From: Tubiluchus corallicola
Lineage: Eukaryota; Animalia; Priapulida
DNA length: 64,000 nucleotides
Direction: 5' to 3'
Assembly: GCA_030141605.1 (NCBI GenBank)
Contig: JAQGDQ010000568.1
Coordinates: forward strand, 62,001 to 126,000
In this document: in pieces, positions 15,109 through 29,821 of the stretch
Numbering within the stretch: position 1 is the first letter of the stretch
Layout of the letters: each line of letters opens with the position of its first letter
The notes under the pieces: model-generated
What the model saw: the letters and a program-made list of their open reading frames with translations, nothing else
The model's database searches: none
Told to the model about the DNA's origin: nothing
Made by a program: the position numbers and the translations under genes

Positions 15109-17229
15109 ATGCTAGTTTTATTGCAAAAAATAGTCAAAGAATTTTCTTTCTTGTGGTAATCACTCTATGTTCTCTGTTGCGTTTCGATTTTGAGCTATTT
15201 GCATTATACTATAAAACGTAAAATGTTTCCAAATCAAGAAACAAAACACGTAGGTTGGAAAAAAATTTTGCAGGCTTCTTTGGGCATTATGCAAAATGCA
15301 TTTTGCAATCATCACACTTAGACTTCGGTAACACCATCTGCGTACAAGATTGATTGGCTGCAATTTGCACTGGAGAAAGAACGAACCTGGTGATTTAGTC
15401 GTGCATAATCGCCAGCAATCATTCACCAGTGTAAGACGTCGCCTGAAATGGGATGCGGAGTTGTGCATACATTGGAGAAGAGATTGATAACCATAACGAT
15501 CAAGCAGTTGCATGAGCGATCAGCTGGTTGCATGAGCTGAATTGTATTCAACACGTAATTATTGGGCATAAATCAGTCGTGTTAGTAAAATAGGTAGTCG
15601 TGTTTTTCTTGAATTTCGCTAATTAAAGTGCTGTTTATTGTACACGTTGCGTGGTGAAAATCCCTGTTAGCAGAGGGCGTAGCTAGCGTCTGAGTGCAGT
15701 CAACCGTAACCCCTTAGCCACTAAAACCGGTTTCTTCTATAATCTGCTGACGAAATAACTACCTTGGTTTTTCACTTTTCTGTTGTATTAAATTCAGCAA
15801 TAGTTTGCAGTGTCAGTGCAACACAGACTTTTATTTGTGTAGAAAAACATGTTTCAATTACATTTTCAACTAGTCCGTGATTGAACATGGTCAACAAAAT
15901 GTAGAGAATGTGCTACAATAGGCGAACGGTGTTTTGTAGCAACACGACTCGAATTCGCTTTTTAGCGACTTTTTGAATAACCGAGCGATTACGAATGATT
16001 AATAAACTTTTTTGGCTTTGTGTAACGACTGCCGATGTCACGTGTTTGCATTGTGCATTATAATTTCATGTGGTAAATGGAATTTCCGGAAAAAAACGCT
16101 TTTCGTATGCACAGCTAAAAGCAATGAAGTATAAAGATAGCTAACCAAAGATGCATGTTGCAGATTTTTCTAATACGCTAGGGAACAATTATTCTTTTTT
16201 GGGAGAAAATTGCGTTCAGAAGCTCAAAAAATGTAGCAATATCAAAGCAAAACATTATAGTTATTCTGTAAAATATGATAGTAAATTGCTGCGGTGTGCA
16301 GCGTACCGTGGGGTGACCACTCCGGATCGCCAGGAGACGCTACATTCGCGCGAGTCTGATAACTTCCTATCATTTGAACGATTCCCCGCATGCGGCTGAG
16401 TGGATCGCGCCGCGTGAGCAGAGTGGCTGCTTCCTTCTGATTTTTCCTTTCAAGTCAAAAATTCGATTCGATTCGAATTCGCTTTTTGATAGAGAATGCC
16501 CACCCGTAATCAAAAGGGTTTATAATTTATGCTATCTGTCACTCTGCACCTTAATATTTTAAAATTTAAAATCACACAGCAAACAAGCCTTCGTCGACAA
16601 AAACGTTTTCACTAGACGTTAGTAACATCGTTAGGAAAAATGAATGCAAAACGAATAATAAATTTCAAATAAATTTATAGACGTCTCTTATAGAATTAAT
16701 TTACTGAAGGATCGTTAGTTTATCGTTTCTTCCATTTACAGATTTTTATTGATACAGATACTGTTTTCATGAAGAATTTGTTGAACTGGATGGTTAAATT
16801 TTTGCAAACTTGTTAAATTTTCTAAAAAAAACATTCATCAAAAACGCCAGGTGGCGTAGAAAACCAATCTTTCATAATTACCTAAGAAAAACAGTGTCAA
16901 CTCAGTGATTGAATCCAATTAAAAATTTCTGTAGGTATGATTGGTATTGTATTACAAACATCGTCGCGCCCTCCCGTGGTAACAAGCTTATTCCTTTTGT
17001 GCATGCATGCAGAGACACGATCGTGTTGCACCATTATTTCATTATAGATGTAGGGTAAAAGTTAGATTTCTTACACAACTGAACTAGGCTAAGCGGAGTT
17101 ATTTTTGTCTCACCGTACTGAGAAGTAGCAGTGACGGCAATAGTCATGATAATGACGACAAGAAAATAATGACCAGAATGATTATGATACTGTTGATGAC
17201 GACAATGGACTTAAAGATGAGGAGGATCA

Positions 17230-17332
17230 ACTGGTACTAATGATTATGGTGACAACAACAACGACGTTGATAATGTTGGTGGTGAAGATAATGATGATTA
17301 TGACGATGACGACGACGATGGTGATGATGTTG

Positions 17333-17363
<31 letters not shown>

Positions 17364-17485
17364 CATAATGATGATGATGATGATGATGACGATGATGATG
17401 ATGATCATGCTGTTTATAATGAAGGAGATGATAACAGTGACATTGATAATGATACGATGATGGCAGCAATGATGATGATGACAAC
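17230..17485. repeat. Degenerate (GAT)n microsatellite
   Basis: Read directly; similar tracts at 31995-32290 and 45735-45885. Confidence 0.9.
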
Positions 17486-18712
17486 AGTAATGACTACGGA
17501 AACTAGTGAAAGAATCAATAACCTATGGCAGTTAGAGGTTTGAATGCTGTCTATTATTTTCGGCAAGTCTGTCATTCACATCGCCATGATAAGTTTATTT
17601 TAGTGAAACCCCATAACCAAGGTAAGCATAGTTGAAAGTTAATTGGCAGGTGTTTTGTCTAATGAAATCAACGATACTGTTTGCTCAGCAACAGAGAAGA
17701 TAATGAAGTCACAGTAACAATAACAATGGTAACAATTCAGGTAAACAAGGCCTCCCTTGTCATCTCTATTGGAAGCTTTGCAATTGAAGCTGTTTATCGG
17801 TGTGTGATGATAGAACCGCGCCGCGTCTAAACACACAACCCTCTTAGACTTACCACACATCAAACTTCGCCGCTGTTTGCCCAATGTTGCTCACAAAAAC
17901 AAACAATTTGCCAAAAATCACGTTCCCCACCGTCCGAACATGGCGATGTCAATAGCGGGGTGTCCTAGATATAAAGCGCCGCCGGAAATCTACTGTTTGC
18001 CCATCCACTATTTAGAGGAGAGCAAGATTTGGCTATTGTGATACATTATTGGCCGTTCGTTCGTTTGTCCTCCGTAAAACAAACTGTGTACACATTGTCG
18101 CTATTCAGAACAATATTTGTTGGATTATGTACTTTTTACTTTTGCTTTGATTTGAAAGGTGTGGATTGGATTGATTATAACGTAGGCATGTGATTAGCAC
18201 GATGGTGATAATTAAAGCAACAAGCATACCCTTATCCGTCTGTGTTTGCCAAACAGCTATGGAATAGTCATGCCACTAAAGTAAACAGTTTTTGATTGAG
18301 TTTATTAAAGCTCAATTGCCTGACGAATGTTATGATTACACATTTATCATCAGTGTTTGACTATGATTGCTTTTATCGCATGTGATTTCTATTGTAAATG
18401 AAGCAATGCAAATTTTCCTGGTTAAATTCGCAAGGTTGCGGCTAATTAACGTGACTTCAAGTGGCAAAAACGTCTGGTCAATAACGGTCAAATTCAACAC
18501 ACTTAAACATTTTTAATTAACATTTGAATAAGAAATGTCGAGCTATAACTGCTGCGTTAAGAGCAGTTGCGTTATTCTTTTGAGGTTCAGTGACGAACAA
18601 CAAATCCAAGCCAAATTGAAGTAATATGAAATTCACATAATACTTTCTTTTTACGCTTGGCAAGCAAAGGCTCAATAAATAACTAATGACAATTTTTTAA
18701 GTCTCCACTATG

Positions 18713-18988
<276 letters not shown>

Positions 18989-19946
18989 TTGTCAAAATTA
19001 TTGTTAAGATTCCTATTATTATAGTTCCTTCTATTATGACGCGTTCAGACGTAGAGACTTCTCAATTTGCGAGAGAAGTTGCCAAGCCGTTCACACGTGC
19101 AACTTTGCACTCAGAGAGAAATTGCGTGGCAAGTTACGAGAGAAGCTTGCAATAAGTTTGCAAGAATGCAATAAGGGCTCATAATTTTGTATTCACAAAG
19201 AACATGTTGCTTTGTTTGTATACTTTCTCCACTATCTTGAGGACTTACGTGGCTCCATCTTCCGATCTATACACGAAGATTATGGGCTGATAAACGCATC
19301 CTTATCGAGACAAATTGTGCTTTTCTACTATATTTTAGTATATTTTTCAACAAGATGAAGCAAGAACCCACACTCGCAGAACAAATGACCTAAACCTTCT
19401 AACAGCCCTGATCTAAATAGTGTGGAGTAAGACGATCTTTTGCTTCAGTGGGTTAAATGCAAAGAATTCCCACCTCATCACATAATTATATTACTAATTA
19501 CTAAGCAGTTTGTAATAAGAAGCTGTGATGCAGTTCTTTTGGTTGATTTGGGAGGATCAATTTGCCACCTTATTGAAACGTAAAATTACCTACATTCTTT
19601 TCACAGTTATGTCCAAGCTCTACATGTTTATAGCTACGAAATCCAACCTAAAAATTGCGCATTTTTAAAACATTTTATGCCGTTTTAGTTTTTATCCTGA
19701 AGCCCCTGCAGAGTGAAATTTATTGTTAGTTTTTGCAGATTTGCAGTACAATTATCTTTAAAGTGTTCCAGAATGACCCAAAAATAATTTTTTTGTAAAA
19801 CTTTTGCTGAGATGAAATGGGAGAGCTGTTAGTAACAAAATATTTTGTCTTGTCTGATGACTAATGACTTTTATTAAGTGAAAACGCTGTGATTGGTATT
19901 CCCTTGCATAAAGTAGTACCCACAGACTTAAACGCATTAATTTCCA

Positions 19947-20564
19947 TTAAAGCAAAACCGGGCCCAATCTTAAACTGTAGGTCAAAACAATGTACTCTTT
20001 AAACTCTTGAAAGGAAACGTATTATTTTTTTTCAAAAATGACTTAAGTGAAAGAATTATTACCACATAAACACAATTTCCCGTTCGCGCCACTAGTTCTC
20101 CGCATTTCGCCATTCGCTAGTTAGACGGGCACTAGCGCCTGCGTTTCGGAAACGCATTGCACAAAAAACAGTGCTGTACCTCTCAGTTCAGATGTGTGTT
20201 TTTTGATAAACTACACATGTTCGACAGCTCATGCGTGAGCACAGCGGTAAGTTTGAAATTTGAAATTTTATCTTAAAACTTGCCTAGTTTTAGTACAACA
20301 CACTGAATATCCTACAGTAGCACTGTACTTCAATTTTAGCTTTCGGAAACACGTGCAACACACTAGTGGAATATTTGTGCTGTTGAAAATTATGTTAGTT
20401 TGTGATGTCGTCAATAGTTGGGCCCGCCCGGCGTTAATTAAGCTTTTAATCTATTATTTAATTATCAGAAACTCTTTTCCAGTATCAATCGTGTTAAAAT
20501 GTATGCTTTTTATCGGACTTGAAAATGGGGCAGTATGTAAAAAAATCATCCTGTCTTCCTTTAA
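19947..20564. mobile_element. Kolobok-like MITE family B
   Basis: TTAA at both ends, AG...CT termini, imperfect TIR AGCAAAACCGG / AGGAAGACAGG. Confidence 0.78.
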
Positions 20565-21729
20565 ATAATTTCTCTTTGTTTTCTTGATATAATCTTATAG
20601 GACATTGTTATTGCAAGTTAATTCTGCCGTTCTCAGCTTTGCGTATGCAACAAGGTACCCACAAGGAAGTTCCATAATGAACCCAGAAAGCAAAGCAAAG
20701 TTTATGAGAACATAATGTACAAACCACAGTAATTAGCCTTAAGCCGGTGTAATGCCCACTAGCTGTATTATCATAATGTATACCTCGTTTGAAAACACTT
20801 TCTTTCAATCGTATCCAAGCAGTAGCATGAAACCAAGCCGTTGTTTAGAGGTGCATGGTGAGAGTGAATTCAGCATAGGGAAGCTAAAGTCAATACCTCT
20901 GCTGGTGGTAGCGCAAACCCGCTCCCAAACTCTAATCAAAGGCTTACCATCGCCGTTGTCCCCGCCCGGGCGGTGGGCAACTTCCAACTTTTGAATTCGC
21001 GCCGCACAAAAGCTCTTTGTTGTTCGCGAAATTTCCGATCCTTTGTGAAAAGGTGTGGTATGGGTATCATCAAAGGTGGCAGCACCAGACTGGAATCTAC
21101 AGAAACGTCAATTTTTTCTTGTTCCTAAAGATTCCCAGTCTTGCCTATCCAAAATAGTTTTAAAGCAAAAGTGAATGCAGTTCCTTAGATGCAAGCCAGT
21201 TTCATGAAACTTTATTGAAAAATGAAGGCAACAGTCAATTGATGATAAACCAATTACTCCCCAGTTTTTAATGTATCAGTCCGCCCTTCTATGTATTAGT
21301 CCGCCACTCATTGTCTTGTATTTTGCAGGTATCATTCCAAAGCGTGAGAGTTACACAGATTGATGCAGTCGATGAGCATTATACCTTTGTTTGCTTGTTT
21401 TATACGCAAGAACAAGAGTAATTCTTGTATACCATTACAAGAGGCTGACCGCCGGTCAGTTCTGCGGCTAGCTCACCGGGGCGTCCACGTTCGCACGCGG
21501 CTTGAAGGGTTGATAACGCTCCATAAACTCTAAAAGCCGTTAATGATGATTATGATGACTTTGTCTTCATCTTCTCATTACTAGCTTATGATGAGAGCGA
21601 TGCTTAGGAGGTGTTGGCTGCTGGTGTTTATGGAATTAGCAGAGATTTGGCGGTTTGATTCGAAGCGCTCCAAGCGGTGGATTAAGACAAAATCTTCATT
21701 AAATGTTTTACGGAAGAATTGATACTATC

Positions 21730-22130
21730 TATATATATATATATATATATATATAATAATCTTTATTTGCCATTAAAAACATTGATAATCACTGATAAAA
21801 ACTTTACAGAGATAATCAATCAGTGTTAGTTAATAAAAACTTACACTGCTGAAGGCAAATGCGTCAGTGCAATCTAAACTACTGTGCAGTAATGACGAAT
21901 AAAATCAAACATATTTACAACCATATACAAAAAAATAAAAAACAAACAAACTATGATTTAATTAATATGGCCGTGGGTATATGAATTCTGAATTAGTGTG
22001 TATGTTGTCGTACTGGTGTGATGGCATTTCATATCTGGTTAATATTAGTGATTTTAATTTTGTTTTAAATGCTGATAGGGACTTGATTTGTTTAACCTGT
22101 AATGGTAGAGAATTCCAAAGTAGAATCTAC
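21730..22130 (-). mobile_element. 3' fragment of a related LINE
   Basis: LWNSLPLQVKQIKSLSAFKTKLK; 3' UTR resembles 2170-2530; AATAAA plus (TA)n tail. Confidence 0.75.
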
Positions 22131-22547
22131 TAATGTACTTCAATGTACTATTTCATGCGAAGATTAAAGTTATAACAAGTGTCACGTATAACAGTGTAGA
22201 TGTTATAATCGATATAACAAATTAGTATTTCTAATTTCATACGTTTTATTGAATGTTAACACTGAACACTGACAATTGACAGTTGATGCATTGGGTAAAT
22301 CATGATGATCAACGTCATATGCCATCTAACTTACTAATTTTACGAAATGAAATTACTAATTGATTTCAAAAGACAAAACCATTAAACCATTTTGTTTTAG
22401 CATTAAGCGCCCAAACAAGCAGGGAGATCTTTGACTCGCTGAAATTACCATGTAATGCGCAAGCCAATGGCAATAGCTGCAACTAACAGAGTTTTTAATT
22501 TCAAAAGATAAAATAAATGTGAAAAAGGACAGACGTGCCTGAGTCAA

Positions 22548-22770
22548 TTAAAGGGGACGAAAAGGGAATCTTGAAAAATGTCCCAAAGAACTATCCATAT
22601 AAAGTTATATTACTTAGCGCCATTCTTACCAGTTTGCAAGACGAATTTTGGAAAAGAAAATTCTTAGTAATTTAAGGTATTCGCGCCATCTCGTAAAAAC
22701 GGCACTCCATCACCTTCCCAGTGTGCACCACTGAATCACCAAATAACCCATCATTGATATTATTGATAGT
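22548..22770 (+). mobile_element. Kolobok-like MITE family A, left-end fragment
   Basis: TTAA-AGGGGACGAAAAGGGAAT start and shared internal sequence. Confidence 0.6.
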
Positions 22771-23009
22771 ATGGAGTAACAAATAAACATACTTTTACTT
22801 TTTTAACTACAAATGTTCTGATTATTTACGGTCATCACCAGAAAATATAAAGCACTGATAAAGATTTGTTGCCAAGAAAAAATGGAATTCAATCTTCTGG
22901 ATTACGGCATCTAGAATTTCTTTAAAAAGGAAGTGTACCGTACCCATACAGAGCCGTTTGATGCAGAGTAACTAAAAGCCAGAATTGTAGAGTGGCAACA
23001 CCAAATATT

Positions 23010-23330
23010 CCATCATCATCATCTAATGAATCATGCGTCCAGGGACATGATTCTCTTCTTCTCCGTGTGCAGGCCTCTCTACTAGCTGCAATGCCCCCTA
23101 GTGCATTTATCTCTAAGGATCAATGCTGAAGTGTTTAAATATTTCTGTGCAAAATGTAAATATGTTAAAAATGTGTCCACCTGCAGGTTTTTTAGCCGGT
23201 TTTATGGCTTGTTGAAGCGCCATCTTTACTGGATTGTCACCAGATAGTATAAGAGTATGCCCAACCCATCTTTTCAACGGTGTCTTTTCATTTTAATTTG
23301 CTTTTAATGCCCAGAACTTAAAGTTATACA
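23010..23330 (-). mobile_element. RTE-like LINE 3' remnant with (GAT)n tail
   Basis: RWVGHTL...NPVKMAL...KKPAGG resembles the RTE C-terminus; the 3' tail recurs at about 25628-25712. Confidence 0.5.
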
Positions 23331-24328
23331 GAAATACAGTTTCAACTAAAGCTGAGAATATTCAAATTTTTGTTTCCAACCAAAGAAGTAAAAAACTGTG
23401 TACGCTATTGGAAGAAATGTCTTCATCTAATTTGGAGTGAAAATGGTGGACACATAGAACACTTGTAGTATATTTTAGCAATAGTGACAAAGTTTTTTCC
23501 CGGAATTTATTCTTTTTGCATTTTGTTTTAAAACTTCTGCATTTTTAGCAAAATCTAAGGGAATGACAAAAAAATTTTGGTGTTTACACAGAAGTATCTG
23601 TAAGAATTGTGTGGTAATTTTCAAATGATTCCGTTATTTTCTTCTCATAATATCGTTGTCAAACTCCAGTGCGTTTTTTGTACCACCCGATACACAGATT
23701 TATCCGTACGAAGGGGCGGGTAAGTTAACCATTCGCAAAGTTTAGGGATTCCGAGACTCACTAATAACAAGGCTGAGATTTGTTAAATTAATGAATTAGC
23801 CACATTATATGGCAGGCATATAGAAAAGATGATAAAAAATCTAACTTTTCGATATACAAAACTTTCTTGTCGGATATGGGAAGCAACTTGTAAGTTTTCA
23901 GTTGCGATATCTTTGATAGGACGCTCACAGAGAGCGGCACTCCCATCTGGCGAGCAATGTTCAAAGTTTTGACAAAGTAGAGCCGCTCAAAGGTGCAAAC
24001 AAAATCGCAAAAGTTAACCAAAATAAAACGGATTACTGCTGGTTGCTTGAGCAGAAATAAGCGCTTAAAAGGTGTATTACAATGTTTTCAGACTGTCAAA
24101 AACAGCTAAAAGTCAAGCTGTGTGAATAAAATCACCTGGGAAAGATGGCGGACAATGAACTAAGATAAGCTAATGCCTTCTTGCTAGCCGGAAGGTCTCA
24201 ATCAATAGAGGTTCATGACATATGTGCTGTTTTGTGACTGTCTGGTAAACTACAAACTTTTTACAGATTAAGATTTTAGCTATTGTTCTGAAATAAGCTC
24301 TATATCTCTGCCTTATAAAATTTCAGCT

Positions 24329-24968
24329 TTAAAGCACAAGAAAACCCTTCACTTACATAAAGCTAAAAAATTCGTCTCAAAATTTTATACCACTTACATA
24401 CTGCTGTATAAAACGTGTAAATTTAAACTCCAGTGATGACCTTTAGATACAGCCATTTTGACGATAAGTCATTTGAAGCAACTTTAGATAACATTAAGTA
24501 AAGTTTGAAAAAATAATCAGAACATTCGTAGCCTACATGTTGCTAATTAAGTAAAAGTTTAAATTACTGTATCTTGTCAATAAAATTAAAAATACGTTTT
24601 TGGTTAGTGAGTGGCGCACCCTGGAAGGTGAGTCAGCGACATATTACCAATTGGCACAAACATTTTAAATTATTAGTCTAGTTACATAAATCTTTCCAGC
24701 AGGTAAGTGAAATGCTAAGTAATATAGATTTGCATGGAAAGTTTTTTAGTCATATTTTAACATTGCCTTTTCTTCCCCTTTTTTACGTGGCGTAATGACG
24801 TCATGTAATGGCGCCGTCGGAACAGTATTGCGGGAGATTTAAAATGAAAACAAACGAAAATTCCTTTTAGCGCGAATACAATATATGCATAAAATTGCTA
24901 TAAAACAATATAATTTTAAGGCGATTTTTGTGAAACTTATTTCAGGTGCCCCTTTTCTTGTCCTTTAA
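24329..24968 (-). mobile_element. Kolobok-like MITE family A, full length
   Basis: TTAA-AGCACAAGAAAA ... TTTTCTTGTCCT-TTAA. Confidence 0.82.
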
Positions 24969-25419
24969 CTACCTGATGACTAATATAAAATGAAAACAAT
25001 AACGTCTGTAACTTTTTTTGTGCAGACAGTAGTGCAAAAAACACTACTAAAGTTCAGCAGTAAAGTTCAGTAAAGGGTGCAAAAATATATAAAGAAATTA
25101 TGCAAACACTGAAAACTCATATTGATATTGCCAGAATTTTAAAATTCAAAAGGTATTTCTAATGAAAAAAACGAAAAACGAAACTAAACGCTTTGCTGCT
25201 CTTAGCCTTAAATTTAATACTCTGGCTTGGACAATAAAATTTTGCATAATAAACGTAAAATGAGTTAATATTTCTAGACCTTTTAATCACAGGTATTGGC
25301 TGAGCATGCCCTGATTGAGCTAGCACCACATAGCAAAAAATGTTAAATAGGTCGGGGGATTACTCTGTTAGCTAAAACAATTCGTTTATCTTAATGAATA
25401 ATTGTTATTTGTTAAGATG

Positions 25420-25935
25420 TTATTATTCAGTTTATCATTCGAGTTCAGGTAATCGAAATAAAAATAATTGTAATTGTACTGCGACAGTCAAAAAAAATTC
25501 TGAGCTCCTATGATGACGTACTCCACATGTTTCCGTGTGAACACTATGCCAAATAACATGAGTTGGTGCTGGCTGTTTAATTAGCTGTAGTGACGTCGTA
25601 ACTAGTAATGATGTCACTTTGTTGTTGCATCATCATCATCCAATGAATCATACTGTTCACCTCCCCAGGACTCCCACTCCCTGCAATGCCCCAGGTGCAT
25701 TTATTTCTAAAGGCAGAACTATGCCAAAGACGAGGTAACATGTTGATGAAGAAAACGTCTACAAAGTGTGTCAGCTAATAAAAAACACAGCAAAACACGC
25801 CAACCCGACTTGTTTACTGTGTCGTTTACATGGAACCATGTGCTACGTCATCATAGGCTTCTACGTCATCATAAGCATCACGTACAATTATTTATATTTC
25901 TGCTATTAGTAATCCAACGATAAAAGCAGCAAGAT
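25420..25935. repeat. Degenerate foldback element
   Basis: CCTATGATGACGTA..CACATG.TTCC (25507) is mirrored at about 25826-25858, with further mirrored blocks outward. Confidence 0.55.
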
Positions 25936-27018
25936 CATCTGGTTTTTTAAGTAGTCATTTTGTTACGCTAAACAAATTGTACTTAATTTTAGCACCTGCT
26001 TAGGTGGTTTTTGAGGTATAATCACTTTTAGCACTTCCTATTTTAACTATCAGCATTAAGGGTTTTGAATGCAACACAAGACTCATGCCCAGACGAAATA
26101 ACCATGAACAACATATGGCAGTGTCAATAACAAAGTAGTCAACAATAAGTTAAGCAACGCCAAGGTTGATAAATGAGTGCATGTTGACCGTTTTCAATAC
26201 CTGCTTTAACATTGAAAAATGGTAGCGATAAATCTGCTGTTTCTCACCAGGTGCCAGTCTCGCCACAAACATGGACATTGTGTAGGCCTTGCTGTTGAAT
26301 GCTGGATAATGACATGTAAAATTAAGCCAAAAACAATTTTTGTTCAAACTCATTCAACAGCAATCATATTGTGATTATTGGCATAATTGGCATATTGATT
26401 ATTGGTATAGCAATATAACTACTGGAATAAGAACTATATTATAGCTGTAACAATAATGATAGTTCTGAATTGTATTATTGTATTTTATATTTTGCATTTT
26501 TTATATTTATTTACATTTTTTATTTATTTGGTACACTCGACCTTAACGTAAAGGAACCTATGGCTCATTGTAGCTATCGAGTTTAAATATTGATCCTATC
26601 TTATCTTAATATAAACTTTATTTATTTTAAGTGAATTGACGTACAGTAACATTACTGATTGGAGTTTTTCCACTTTGCAACAGATACATTTTAGTTGAGA
26701 ATAGATATATACAGCTGGTTATCAAGAATATAAAACTATGTAACTTTACATAGATAGTTAGATCCAAAACACAAGTAATTCATTAGTTGATACTTAAAAT
26801 TGAAATATACAAAACCCACAGAAGGCAAAAGCAACACCAGAAACAATTATCATTGTGCATCATTCCATTAGTTATACAAAACTATTATTGCTCAATATCT
26901 GGAATTGTACGTGTAATACTGTAATTGTATATTGAATTATAATCTGAATTATTTTGAATTTTGGGCTTTTGAATTAAACAATTCAATATACAATTACACG
27001 TACAATATAGTAAAATTT

Positions 27019-27300
27019 ATTATATTATATTATATTATATTATGTTATATTATATTATATTATATTATATTATATTATATTATATTATATTATATTATAT
27101 TATATTATATTATATTATATTATATTATATTATATTACATTACATTACATTACATTACATTACATTACATTACATTACATTACATTACATTACATTACAT
27201 TACATTACATTACATTACATTACATTACATTACATTACATTACATTACATTACATTACATTATATTATATTATATTATATTATATTATATTATATTATAT
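27019..27300. repeat. (TATAT)n/(TACAT)n pentanucleotide repeat
   Basis: Read directly. Confidence 0.95.
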
Positions 27301-28731
27301 AATTCGTGTATTGTGATTATTTTAATAATTCATGTGTTACCTTGGTATTATAATTATAGAGCATACTGAAACAATGTAATGTGCACAAGAATGGCAGTTG
27401 TTATAAATAAAAAAAACATCAAAATGTCCTACACTGTTATCAGAAAGACCAGGTGTGTTGCTTTAGTCCGTTGACGTAGGCGTTAACAGATTAGCAACAC
27501 CTCAAAATCAGTAAGATAAGCCTCACGTTTGGCGCCCCCTGCGGACTCCTAAAATCGTCATCAAAATGAACTCCGCGGGACGTGTTTGGCTGCACAGGGG
27601 ACGTTTTCACAACAAGGTCTGACCTGAAAGCTTTTACCATTGCCAACATCTCAATGACTTCATTGTGTTGGCTAAACTACCGTCGCTATACGTTATAGAA
27701 AATGGGCAGAATTTTTGGGCAAATTGCCCCGTCTTCAATTACACGGCATTTAGCGTGGCGTTAATGTTTAAAAATACCAGGCTGTTTACAACACGATGTG
27801 GTCTCGGAGGAGTGAAAAGAGTTGCATTATGAAAAATGTGTTTTGGTTTGTCCCCGCCTAATCAGTTGTTAATATCATTGCAGTCCATGGGCAGATTATG
27901 ACGATATAGAATTATTAAAAACTCCTGGTACTCTCAGTATTTAAGCAGCGTCCGTAATATGGATAAGGAAAGAATTTTTCAATAAATTGATATTGTATGA
28001 TATTGATGTATGTATTGATATACTTTGATATTGTATGGTGGTAATTAGGCATATTATTAGGCCTATTTATTAACGTGTTTATTTGTTAGTCAGATTATTT
28101 GCGTGCAGTTAATTTGTTTATTTAATGAGTTTCCTGATTGTTTTAGTTTCTCTTTAATGATATTTTATTTTACAAGTTTAGTTGATGTAGATGAAATTTT
28201 GGAAGTCAAGCAAGTGAAGATGAAGTGGATGCCTCGGAATTAAACAGTGAACATTACTAACCTATTAGAAGAATTCACACATGACTTGATAATCCATACT
28301 ATATAGTACAATTGTGGAAAGCCTCATTTTGGTACCCTCATATGTCTCTGCCAACTTGCCACAGAAGTTTGTTTTCTACCACCAGAAGCAGCTCGATGGT
28401 CAGTTAGTCATTCCGTCTAGTTAATATCACATATTAAGCAAAACTTTCATGGTTTAATTTATTACCGGATAATTACACTGCTGGGTCTTTATCATAATAT
28501 AAAAGTCCTTGGTCGGCCAAGGGTTAAAATTTAATGTTTTACCACTGACATTGTTGAAAAAAATAGAATAGCCAATTTTGAGAGGAGGCACGTTTGGCAG
28601 GCCGGAAGGCAAACTTGTCCAGCTTGGCGAAGCTTCTCTACCTTGGTGGAGGCAGAAGATTTATTAACTAATTTACTAGAATGTACGAATAAATTCTTGA
28701 TTACTTTTGATCATTATTGTTTCTTCTACCA

Positions 28732-29015
28732 GGCGGTTTGGTCTAGTGGTAACGCGTTCGCTTTCCGTCTGGGAGGTCGTGAGTTCGATACGGCGGTCGG
28801 GTAATACCTAAGGCTTTAAAAAATGGTACCTGCTGTTGCCCTGCCTGACGCGTGGTATTTAGGTTAAAAGTTGGGTAATAATACTCTCTGTTATGTAGGT
28901 ATAGGTTGTTGTTTACAGTCGGTCTAAAAGCTTTTTGAAGCTTATGTTACTTGTCGATCTAAAAAGCCAACTTCAAATAAAGATGATTATTATTATTATT
29001 ATTATTATTATTATT
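28732..29015 (+). mobile_element. tRNA-derived SINE
   Basis: A-box-like TGGTCTAGTGG and B-box-like GAGTTCGAT, no closing acceptor stem, a central body, and a (TAT)n tail. Confidence 0.7.
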
Positions 29016-29739
29016 TTCGACCCAATTGGGTTTATAGTGCTCGCACAGTTAACGAGTCTTGAGGAAGTATTACACTAACATTAAGTGTAGTTCCAAAGCA
29101 TAGTTCTTTGACACGGTAAGATACCGCAGATATAATCTATGAAACTCAAACCATGGACCCACATTAATCGGACCCACAGTTTACGAAACACTATTCAATA
29201 TTTGTGACAGTATGTTAAGCTATTGTCATCATTATGCATATAAGTTCTTAGATACCTATGTCACATATACTGCAAGATGCCTAATCTTAGGTCGTCTCAT
29301 AAGGTAAAGCAATAATTATGAGGTCAATTTTCACATAGTTATTATGTACATATAAACTTTTTACATTTAATTTTACCCAGAACAGAATGGTCTCGCCATC
29401 TAGCGTGGAAATTTTGCTAATCAACTAGACGAGGTTGAAACTAGCACGGCGTGTTATTGACCCGACGTATAATGTTTGTTTGTCTGCATTCCACGCGCTA
29501 GCTACTAGCTAACTCGAATCAAACCTACGCGCCGTAAAGTTTAGCTCCATCTATATGGCTGTAATAGTCATAAAACCGGTATTGTAGGTTGTATTTTGCG
29601 ATAAACACATTGTTCGTTCATCTAAATTGCGATACAGTTAACAACAGTTAAGTAATAATGCATGAAATCGCGTTTATATCTGAATTTCTGTTGCTATGTT
29701 CCTGCCACAGCTCAACTTCCATCTTCGTTTCACCGACGA

Positions 29740-29821
29740 GGTAGCGTGGCCGAGCGGTCTAAGGCGCTGGTTTTAGGCACCAGTCTCTACGGGGGCGTGG
29801 GTTCGAATCCCACCGCTGCCA
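29740..29821 (+). tRNA. trnL-TAG: tRNA-Leu, anticodon TAG
   Basis: GGTAGCGTGGCCGAGCGGTCTAAGGCG...CTGGT-TTTAGGC-ACCAG...GGTTCGAATCCCACCGCTGCCA; 82 nt with long variable arm, intact A and B boxes, downstream T-run terminator. Confidence 0.96.

Noticed and set aside
28732-28805. Functional tRNA gene
   Set aside because: No acceptor stem pairing; it continues into a SINE-like body and simple-repeat tail.
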